A stretch of DNA of 64,000 nucleotides from Fimbriosthenelais zetlandica (Eukaryota), in NCBI GenBank assembly GCA_977030845.1, contig OZ365115.1, positions 5,704,001 through 5,768,000 of the forward strand, given 5' to 3'. The position numbers and the translations under genes were made by a program. Shown here piece after piece: positions 40,933 to 51,360 of the stretch. Below the pieces are notes generated by a model. The model did no database searches and had not been told where the DNA came from. It saw only the letters and a program-made list of their open reading frames with translations. Positions within the stretch are counted from its first letter, which is position 1; each line of letters begins with the position of its first letter.

Positions 40933-41479
40933 GTTGAGTTTCTGTGAGGAGATGAGGAAAATGTCAGAGAAAATGTGAGAAATGTCAGGACTCTTCATGG
41001 GCTGGAGCCGGTTTTGCTCGTGACAACAAGTATTGGACCGGAAGTTTACACATCAATGGAAAGGCAATGGAGGTGATTGGTCGAGGATGTTTGATTGATT
41101 ATGTGAATTGATCGCTCATTGGTTAGGAGACAAAATGGGAGGGGCTTAGAGGAGTAACTTTGAGGCATCCACGTGGCCTGAGCAACTCTTTGACGGGAGT
41201 GGGGCTCTGGCTCGGGCAGTAGTGTTCGAGTTGAATGTGGGAGGTCCATGGTTCAATTCATCTAGCATTTTACAAATTATCACAGAACATAATTAGATTT
41301 TTTAAATTAGAGATAATTAAAATTTCTTTTAGCCGGAACTGAAAAAAAAAATTATATGGGATACACACCCGTCTTTCCTTGGTTTTTCCCAAATTCTGTT
41401 CACTGCCTGCGCATGGTCAATACGGAAAGTAAGTAGGCCCTAAGCAATGGATTTTTGAAATGGATATATAATTTCTACT

Positions 41480-41660
41480 CTTGCTACCTCTCCCTAGCTC
41501 CCTGCTCTCTCTTCCTCTCGCTGCTCTCTGTGGTCTGCTCACTCCCCCTCCCTCTTTCGATCCCTGCCCTTATCCTCTGCTTGCTCTCTCCATCCCTCTT
41601 TCCCTCCATCCCCCCTCTCTCTCTGCCCTCCCTTATCCCTCCCTCCTTATCCACTTTATT
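41480..41660. repeat. Polypyrimidine (CT/CCCT) low-complexity tract
   Basis: Almost pure C/T on the plus strand; explains three overlapping spurious ORFs. Confidence 0.9.
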
Positions 41661-42406
41661 AGGCCTATGCAAGCTCATTAATCCCCTCATTCTACCGCGT
41701 GCGTTAGCCTTTGTATTTAAGCATTGAGCATTAGTTCCCGCGTTTGCCGGAGGTGGGGTAATTGCATGGCCGGTAGAAAGTTCTTATCTTAGTTCCTTCG
41801 TTTGCCGTATAGGCGGCGACGGCGCCACCGGACGGTCAACTTTCAGCTTGCTCGTTCCGACTGGCCAAAACCCCTATTATCGCTCACAACACTGGCTCCT
41901 ACCATCATAGAAGTAGCTCTACTTCTATGCTCCTACCTCTCATCGTTTGCAGGCAGCATAGCTCTGTTCTTTTGATGATGCAATAGATTCTCAATGTAAA
42001 TCTACCGACTGATTTTAATTTTGTTTGATTTAGGTGCTTTCTTAAATCTACAAACGCCATCTGAAAATTCATAGCGACGCCCGCATTAACAGGCTTGGCC
42101 CACAAGGCTTGGTGGCGACCAGAAACGGTGCTGGCACCTGGTGGTTTCCAGCTGAAGTAAAGGCGCGACGGAGCTCAGTTCACTCGCGACACACAAGGTG
42201 GCAGCAGTGAATATCGCCTATTATCGCTCATAACAACAACGTTGCTTCCATTATCCCATTATCACAGGCTAAGGGCCTACAGACAACTTAGCTTTGATCT
42301 CTTGGACCATTTAGGAGTTTTCTTTGATATAGAAACGTCGGCTGAAAATTCCGATAGACGCCCTGTTAACTTATCAATGAGCGTTAGTCGCCATTTTGGA
42401 TTGGCG

Positions 42407-42544
42407 ATGTCTCAGGAATGTTACCGAAAAGAAGTTCAGTCCATCGCCGCTTGGTGGCTTAATTTTGAAAAGAAAATTAACATTAAAGCGGCCCGGAAAA
42501 GAAAATTAGATTCCCGCAGACTTCATGTAGATAAACTCATCGAT
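42407..42544 (+). CDS. Candidate first coding exon, unknown basic protein
   Basis: ATG 9 nt after the YY1 motif. 46 codons: MSQECYRKEVQSIAAWWLNFEKKINIKAARKRKLDSRRLHVDKLID, ending at donor GAT|GTAAGT (phase 0). RKRK is a possible NLS. A phase-0 acceptor at 43487 continues IMMSKGGEFMKVDIGTYNVEWENMTC*. Confidence 0.4.
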
Positions 42545-42810
42545 GTAAGTGAACATCGATGGATACACTGCTTATTTTCATGTTAACATTTCGCGCGACA
42601 CCAACTACTTCCGGTTAGTACCGCCATGTCACACTGGGCGCACATGGTTTCCAGGGAAGCTTCTCTCTCCACCTTTTTCCGGTCATATTTAAGGTATGTG
42701 AACTGAATTGATTGATTTGTTACTTAATTAATGAGATAAATATGAAAAATAATGAACAAATAAGGCTTTTCTATGCCAATTCATCCTTCTGAAAGCGCAT
42801 CACATTCAAT

Positions 42811-43011
42811 GCCTAGGCATACCCCGCCACCGGTAAAAGTGGGAACTAGCACTTTTGGATCCTTTTGATCGCTTTTATCAAATATTCAGCAATGATGTGG
42901 TCACAGATTCCTGTATATATAGATTAACTTACCGTACACTATATACGTCTATTCAAATGTGGTGTTTTGTCAGGCCTAGGCCTACCCCACCACCGGGAAA
43001 AGTGGGAACTA
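42811..43011. repeat. Two ~38-bp direct repeats 163 bp apart
   Basis: GCCTAGGCATACCCCGCCACCGGTAAAAGTGGGAACTA (42811) versus GCCTAGGCCTACCCCACCACCGGGAAAAGTGGGAACTA (42974). Confidence 0.85.
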
Positions 43012-44338
43012 TAAACAGAAAGGTTCTCGCCTCTTGGAGGAATATATATCATAGGCCTATACATTACATGTAGGCTATTCAGCAATTTTCTGGTCGCAAA
43101 CACTCTATACTCGCGGAAATGGGTAGGCTAGGCCTATAGGCTTACTAGGAGTGGCTTACTAAGGAGTGAACAGGCCCAATAAATATGGGTTTAGGCCTTG
43201 TCTGGAAATGATGAAGTGCCTCCTGACAAGAAATTCAAAAGGGCGTGGTGGTCAGATTGTCCATGCATTTTGTGGGTGGATAGCCTATCATTAGGCCTAT
43301 ATAGGTCTATCGTATGTGTGTGAATCTTGTGTCTATAGGCTTATATTCAAAATATTAATATTGCATTTTATTGTAATTTGACGCACACAACGTCATTAAA
43401 ATAGTGGTAGGCCTAGCTAGTTCTACCTCTTTAATAAAGTATTCCAGACCAGAAGGTTGCCCTCACTCCGAGCTCCCCCTTTTCAGATCATGATGAGTAA
43501 GGGAGGAGAGTTTATGAAAGTTGACATTGGCACATATAATGTAGAGTGGGAGAACATGACATGTTAATCCTATATCCTTATCATACATTTTGAAGCCCTG
43601 GTTGGGTGCAGTTGACACAATATTACCCATACCAAAGTTGTTACATGGTCTCATGTCCCCACCTAAGTTAACTTTATATAACCAGCCCTAACCAGCATGT
43701 CCCAATGTGTACACATATTCTGCATCCTCCAGCCTCCTCTAGGTTCGCTATTTGACACAATTACAACCAGCAAACAATCCCAGAATCCCCGGTCAACCTC
43801 CGGCGTCTGCGGAAATCGCCCTCACTTACCCCCTTATTCCACTTACAAGCCCCCCGCACGCAACACAGCGGCTCACAACGGACAAGACCAGAACTAGGCC
43901 TGCTTGCTTGGATACTCTATGACAAGGGCTGTAATACACTGTAATAACTTTATATTTCGCTCCCTTGGATATTTTTTGTGAGATGTAACATTAATAAAAT
44001 AGTGGATTCTCAAAGTGCGGACTTACGCATTTATGGAAACATTTAAGATGACTTCCGGGGGAAGAGGGCAAGAGCTAGGAATCAGGGGAGCAGGCTTTAG
44101 GGTGAGTCAGACTTAGAGTTTTATTTCGGACAATCATTAGCCTAACTTATTTAACCTCGCATCCTTTTTTTCTGAGATTCTACATTTCTTATATCTCGCT
44201 GAAACGTTTCTTTTGTAATTCACTTCTAGGTAGAGAATGTCAATTATTTTACTTTTTTTTTTTTTTTACATTTGGCACTAGGCCCATTAGGCCTACTTCT
44301 CTATAATCCGTTTTCCGAATGTTAACTTTGCAGTCCCA

Positions 44339-44341
<3 letters not shown>

Positions 44342-44391
<50 letters not shown>
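44342..44391. repeat. (AT)n microsatellite, about 25 units
   Basis: Uninterrupted AT dinucleotide run. Confidence 0.97.
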
Positions 44392-44394
<3 letters not shown>

Positions 44395-45082
44395 ACATTA
44401 AAAATTGATATGTAAACCTCTATAAATACAAGGTGGCACAGAATATGAATTGGATGTGGAAAGGCAAGAGAAATTTGGTGGTTAAATACAGAATTATATA
44501 CATACATGTATATATGCTTTCCGGATATAGTTCATCAATTTATTATCAGACCTATGCGTACCAAACCATATCTAGGCATTACATCCCTTGTATGGATCCT
44601 TATCAGTAGACATAGTCTTTATTTTCACTTGTCTTCTTAACAGTTGGCATGCACCAATCGCACTAGGCCTTCATCATCAGGAACCCAACTTGAGTCCACA
44701 TTAAACGTTGATCTTATCTACTGACATAACATTCTTTGGACAATGTCATATCAACATTGTTTCCATAAAAATATTTCAGGATGCATGGCCTTTGACCAAT
44801 CCATTGAACAGGCCTTGAAATTTTAATTGTCTCTCCCTGCAAATCTTTTTTTATTCTTCGGATATTTTGCACCTGTTAGTTAAGCGGCAGCCACCAGCTG
44901 CCACATGTCTCAACCGTTATTTACCCCGATTGAGATTTTGGCAGAAACATAAAATGAAGGAAAATAAGGAAAAAAAAGTACCAGAGGGGCCCCTTATGGT
45001 GGTTCTCTTAGTACTTCTGTTGACAGAAGGTCACATTCCCCTGGCGGAGTCGCTAGAAAACACGAGAGGTCATGTTCACAGT

Positions 45083-45118
45083 CATGCGCACACTGCTAAA
45101 TAAGTGGGCGCATGCGCC
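45083..45118. promoter_or_regulatory. Paired NRF1-like sites
   Basis: Perfect palindrome GGCGCATGCGCC at 45107-45118 plus CATGCGCA at about 45083-45090. Confidence 0.35.
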
Positions 45119-48100
45119 TTTCATTTTGAAAGTTCCGCCTTGAAGACAAAGCTAGTATATAGTGGCATGCATTGATAATTTTAGTACCCTGGATTTCTCA
45201 GTACAAATATGGGAATATACATTTCCCTCTTTTTCGTTTGAGTGATAAATTAATTGTGAGTGATGCATCTTATTATATTGTCATGGCCGGAAATGAGCCA
45301 GAAAACTTGTGTTTGGACAAAAACATAATATGTTGACAGTGCAAAAGTAATATTTGTCATTGTAATCCGTTATTCAATGAGCATTGATGAGACAACCAAT
45401 TAATGAAATCTATGTTTGACGATAAAATTGCCTGAGATGCGGGAGAATTGAGAAAGGCGGGAGGAGGATGGATTAGAGAAGGTTTGGGAGATGTATTATA
45501 TTACCAATGATATGGGTAAATTAAAGGCAATGAGAGATAAATAGTTAGATAATTATTATATGCCAGTAATTTGGCAATTCATACGTATAATGTTACGGCA
45601 TATAAATTCATTTTAGATTCATATAGGCCTAGCTAGGCCTATTATATAGTCACCTTACAGCAAAATGTTCAATTGCAGCTGAACCAACATAATAGTCTAC
45701 AATGCACTATGAAACACCATCTGTCTTGTCTCTCCCAATAGAGGGCAGATAAGTTAGTAATTTTCTATGGTAAACATTTTCTACCAGAAAAGTTTTTCTG
45801 TATGCTGTTGATGAGAGCCTAGTATATCAGTGGGGCCCATGGTTTTCCGTGTACTGTCACTATGTAGGCTATACAGATCTGGTTATCATGACATAAAAAA
45901 GATTAATGTCAGGTATTTCTCACATCGATATCTCAAGTCTTATCTGTCGTAAACGTTAATATTATATGCCTAGCTATATATCCGGATACTGGCAGTGGTA
46001 ATCATTTATAAGGGTGGTGGATAGTCTGTGTGGACAGCATACAAGTCTAGCTGAGCCAACTATAGAGGAATTAACGTTTTAGAAAGAGCGAATTAGTCAT
46101 TTTTAGATACATTCTAAAAAAAATACATTCTAATTGTTCAAATTAATTTGATTAAAAAAAATAATAGTTGCTGTTTATAGTAGACAAAACGAAAGATAGC
46201 TAAGAAATAACATGTGCCACTCCGAGGGAGAAAGCTATGGGTGTTCTAATCTCTCCCCTTCCCCTAGCTATAATTAATGTCCTTTAATTTACGAGGTCGG
46301 CGAAATGTGATTATCTTTATTGCGCCTTCTATCATGATATGGGGATATCGTCTGAGCAATGTTTACCTATATAGCTCAATATGTCAGTTCATGGCCATTT
46401 AAATATTTGCTTTTGACAACACCGAGCCATCATTTCTGTTTTGCTAACCAGAATCGAGATGTACACAAAAATATGCTCGTATATTTTGTGATATAACCTT
46501 CGGAATATAGGAAGCGGATGGACATACTCACATAGCGAGTAGAAAGTAGCAGAATTGACAGTAAACGACTCCCAAGTGTCAGACCTGTCTGTGGAGGGTC
46601 TACTTGAATAGAACATATCAGCAGGAGCACAAAGATAAAGATGGTGGGTTTAAAAACAATATATCCCCGCCCTGTCTTTATTTAAACACTTGTTACCATA
46701 ATTATGTAAGGGAATAAGAATTATCTTTAAAATTAATTGAATATGCTTAAGAAAGAAGCCAGGTAAATGTTAGTTATGTCTTCAGTTACATGCAGAAAGT
46801 GTATATATTTTCGTACTTGGATGCTTGTATATGCAAAGAATATCTATAGTCTTGAAGATTGAGTCTATGAGATTGAGGGAAGCAGCCGCGATTTACAAGT
46901 TCTATTTTTATCATAATCATGAAGGCATGCCAATTACGGACCAATTATGACAAATGGAAATGCCGTGATATAAAAACCCCAGTTTCTATATATAATTCCA
47001 TCCACATTTCTACATCATATGCACCCAGCTGTCTTTACCAATAGTATTTCAAAAGCCTATTCACGATATGACACATGTCATTCTTTTAATATACATTTTT
47101 AATATCCCTGCTAAAAGATATTCAAACCTATTGGCACAGCTGCGTCTTTTGAGACTTGCTGTTTTTTATTTGTCTTTTGTAATGCTTTTCATGACCCCTT
47201 TCACGTTTCACTATGTAAGCTCATTCCATTCCACTTTGCATTGCATGGTCTTGACCCTCAAATTTTAAGCTCGGTTCTCTCTCAGCCAGCTGCTCTTGCA
47301 TGATATAGCTCCCAGTCTCCATCCTTAGAGCGGTGAAGAGAATGAGTCCACCTTTCTTACCGCAGTTCCCCAGCGTTTCCTACAGGGAACTCGGGAACCA
47401 ATTTATGTACATATATGGGACGGAACCAAGTCACCTAAGTCTTTGACAGGTCCTAGATCAATCTTAGTGGCGGATAGGGAGGTATAGGGAAAGGGAGGAC
47501 AATCGAAAATATCCCACATCGGCCTATAGTATAAACCAGTCTTGCATGGTGTATTGGAGTGGAAGTATGATGCATGGAGAGGGTGTGTTGTTGACAACAT
47601 ATTTCACCAATATATTTCGATTTTTCTTTCCCTGGCGTGATGGACAGAAGTTGGATTGATACTTGTTCCAAGTATAATCACTGAGAAGGGAAGGACCCCC
47701 ACCTGGCCAAGAAAGCCGCCTGTAACAGAATGTTTCTCGTGCTGAAGCCATGTTTCCTCTGCAGCCTGTCGTTGGCCCTTTTATTGACCACCTCTTTGTG
47801 TTCAAACCCTCAATAGCTTTTTTCTAGGCCTTTAGTGGGAGAGTTTATGGATTTTGTGGGAAGGTTCATTCAATAGGACCATGTTTTCTGCGGAGGGTTC
47901 TAGGAAAAAGGATTTCGGAAATATCTCAATACAAAATACATAAAATGTAAACCTTTCCCAAAAATAATTGTTAAAATGAGGAAAATATATAATATGTCAA
48001 TATTATGTAGGGAGACATGGGGTTGTGATGGAGATTACAGATGTCTTTGACCACGTCAGTACATCATAACATTATGCTGGTACACCATGTCTTTTATTAT

Positions 48101-48458
48101 GACATGGTTGTCATGGATACCCTAACACGTCTATAAAATGTCCATCGTTCTGATGTCAAAGGCGTTGCTATGGACACGCTTCGTGTTCGGAAAGTTCAAT
48201 GAGCTTGATCGGATTTGCTCAGGGATTATATCGAAGAAGGGCGTGTCTGGAGGGAGTGGTCAGAGGGGCATTAAAAGTGTGTATGAAAAGAATTTTAAAA
48301 TGGTCAAGAGGAACTGAAAACGGTATACATACCCAAGTCTGAGGTTTTAGAGATAAACTTGCTGAAGCATTATGGGACCACTAACTTAGAAATAATATCT
48401 TTATATTTACGGTGGGATTTTATAGAAACAAACTTTCAGTGAGCCCCTGTTCTGTTTA

Positions 48459-49255
48459 GTTGCCATGGATGTCACTAGGTGGCGGGAAGGGTAAGTGAAG
48501 GTGTAGGAGGCGGGGAGAGTGGCGCCAGTCTGTACTGATATCAGCGCTCCCCACCTCTCACTCATACTCTCCCCCTCTCTCTCCCCCTCTCTCTCTCCTC
48601 ATCATCACACAGGTGACGCCTGTACCACATCACACACACATTCACACACAGGAGTAAGAGCGACCCTGGAGGAGAGATAAGCACTGTACCTACCAAACCA
48701 CTTCCTCATACCCGCATACAGAGACATATATAGCCCTCCTTCTAATGCCCCCTACTGACTGATCAGTGTGCAAGATCCATTCAAGCGATCAAGCAAAACG
48801 CTGGAGGAAGGCCACTGGAGGAGTTGCATTGATAATCAGAGCGTGACACCCTCCCTTACATATACCGACACTGGCGCCCTGGAGCAGGCGCAGGAGGAGG
48901 CACTGGGAGATAACCCTGTGGTTGCTGGAGGAGGAGGACTAGGAGAAGAAGCAGGGGAGTATATATAGTGGGACTTGTAAGTAGTGTAGGGAGAGAGGCG
49001 AATGGTGAAGGCGGGATGAGGAGAAGCTATGTGGGGAGGAGGGAGAAGAAAGAGGAGCAGGAGGGTTAGGAGAGAACCCTGGAGGTGGAGGAAGATGAGG
49101 GCTAGTTCCCAATGATATACTAAAGATACCAGTGTGTCTATCGGATATACCACATACACATACAACCATATACACGCCAAACATCACTCGTCCATGTATG
49201 CTTGTAAAAGCATGTAGAACATGGTATGATGCAGATAATGAGAAATCTCCACAAG
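48459..49255 (+). other. Cluster of plus-strand splice signals downstream of RFX-like boxes (possible 5' end of a transcript)
   Basis: GTTGCCATGG at 48459; donors GG|GTAAGT 48491, GA|GTAAGA 48654, TT|GTAAGT 48977, AG|GTAAGT 49256. A 122-bp intron-like segment (48491-48612) has a long CT tract ending CAG. Confidence 0.4.
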
Positions 49256-50160
49256 GTAAGTTTGTGTATTGCTTTCTTTTAATTAAAACAAGAAAAACGC
49301 GGCTTTTGTTGAAATAGGGGATGAAATGGTGCAGATCAGCACTTTATAACGAAACAAGAGGGTGACACAAAATACGCCGGAGTATGTTATATTCATGGCG
49401 CAGTATACATAATGAGCTATATATGAAAGGCGGGGCAACTCAATCATATAAGAATATAACACTTGGAAGCTTGTCCATAGTGTGTATGTGTGTATATAAT
49501 GTACATTTCATGGTGTTCTTGCTAAGTATAATCATCATTTAGGTCATGTAAGTGTTGGTGTATGGGGGTATATGGACGGGTAGGTTGGGGAGATGTGTGG
49601 TATGGACTGGCGATGTGGATGTGGTAGGGTGCCAAGTGTCCTGGCTCGCTTCTAATGGTATTTACATTATGACTACATGAGAGAACGGGACAGTCCCATA
49701 CAGGCTAGCAATTCCATCCCATCCGGGCAGGAGGGAGTCATATACTGGAGGGAAAGCGAAAGGGATGGAATAAAATCCTCTTTTCCACACAGTATTATCC
49801 CGTATTGGGTACACCTATACACCTGGATGGATGCATGGAGAGATGGATATAGAGGGGTAGAATGAGGGCATGTGTGGGGTGGACAAGCAGTAAAGTTCTA
49901 ATGGTGGAGGATGGGCAAACCAACCTCTCACTCTAGATTAAAAGTTAAGGGCAAGTAAAGGAACAATCCTATTATCCGTTAATGTTCAGTCATGCATGCA
50001 GTGCCAGAGTGGGAAAAACTGAGCAGGATAATACGGGACAGGGTAGGCTACATAAATATTCAACAGAATTTTATGGTAATATAACGTTTTTATATAGGCT
50101 ATGCATGCTACCATGGCTTCTATAAGAGCATAAGCCGCGCCATATCTTTATGTATAAATA

Positions 50161-50196
50161 TTACATAAAGGTCATAAATTTATGACCTTTATGTAA
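50161..50196. repeat. Perfect 36-bp palindrome without loop
   Basis: TTACATAAAGGTCATAAATTTATGACCTTTATGTAA equals its own reverse complement. Confidence 0.97.
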
Positions 50197-50839
50197 GAGG
50201 CATATGGTTTACCTTCTGGTATCCACATGCGTATAGGTAAACCACGCACCAGCATGGATACGCTATAGTGCCAGCCACAAAACATATGGATGATTCTACC
50301 CACCCCCCACCCCTCTCCCCCGACCCACCCCCATATAATCCCATCACGTTCACAACTTGCTGATTTAATTATGGCATGGTTTACTGGGATGAACCAGTAT
50401 CATGTTATCTGTAATTATCCACGCCTTCTAATAAAAAGACCAAATACATCAATCAATACCGCCATGATATTGAAACATCCAATCAGCCCAGTTACTCATC
50501 CATGACCCATATCGATCCCAGTCTGCAAACTGTCTCTGAATGTCTATGTGATTTGATCACACTCCAGCAAAGGAAATGTCTGGTATCTGTCAGTAAGCTG
50601 ACAGGCCTAAATGTACTCAAAGTGGTTATATTAAGGCTAACCACTGCTGACATATATGGGTTAACTTGGAAGATGTGCCATGGGTTCATAATATATGCTC
50701 ATCACTTTTTGGCTATATAATTATGTAGGCCACTATAATTATGTTGTTCTATGGGCTGTTAATTAGGCTTGCTGTTTGTCTCAGTAGAGTGACATTAGAT
50801 CTAAATATGATAATTTGCCTCAAACTAATAAATACATTG

Positions 50840-51360
50840 TAGCCGCCATGTTTTTCCCAAGATGTTTGATTTGCCAATCAGAGTGGAGTGTATAGTACCC
50901 TTCTTTTCCACTAGAGGCCTTGGTGGGATTGGTGACCTGTGAATGATCAGCCATACAGAAAACGTCACTTCCTGGTGCGCTTTTTAAAAATATGGCAGCC
51001 ATTTTGTAAGTATTTGATGTCCATTTAATCGACCAAGGGATCCAAAAGATCGTTATCTAAGTGCACTTCAATAAATCTTGGCTGAAAGGAGCACATTATT
51101 ATCCAGCCGATCAGCAGCCTGAGCTAATTTCCCAGCACGTCCCGTTTTGGGCAACTTTCATCATTCGTTACTCCACTGACGTGCCACCTTTTTTGACGGC
51201 CACAAGTCGTGGCGTTGTCGTTATACCATCATACATCATTGAGGGAAATAGTTCAAAGCAGCCATTCTCGCGTGACATTGTGCGATCTCGTGAAATCTCT
51301 CTCTTCACCCTCCAATAATGACATGGCCCTGTTTTGACGGTCAACGCATGCGCAGATCTC
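50840..51360. promoter_or_regulatory. Housekeeping-type promoter motif cluster (YY1, CCAAT, ETS-CRE, NRF1)
   Basis: GCCGCCATGTT (about 50842), CCAATCAG (about 50874), ACGTCACTTCCTG (50962-50974), back-to-back YY1-like ATATGGCAGCCATTTTG (50990-51006), CGCATGCGCA (51345-51354). Could also be transposon-borne. Confidence 0.4.

Larger units (their letters stand above)
41030..42680. promoter_or_regulatory. CpG-enriched candidate (bidirectional) promoter region
   Basis: ATTGG plus ETS CCGGAAGT (41032-41045), NRF1-like TGCGCATG (41408-41415), YY1 CGCCATTTTG (42389-42398), ETS ACTTCCGG (42607-42614). CpG is visibly denser at 41.7-42.7 kb than in the background. Confidence 0.45.

Noticed and set aside
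41455-41727. Three overlapping ORFs rich in Leu/Ser/Pro or Arg/Glu/Gly
   Set aside because: Translation of a CT-rich low-complexity tract.
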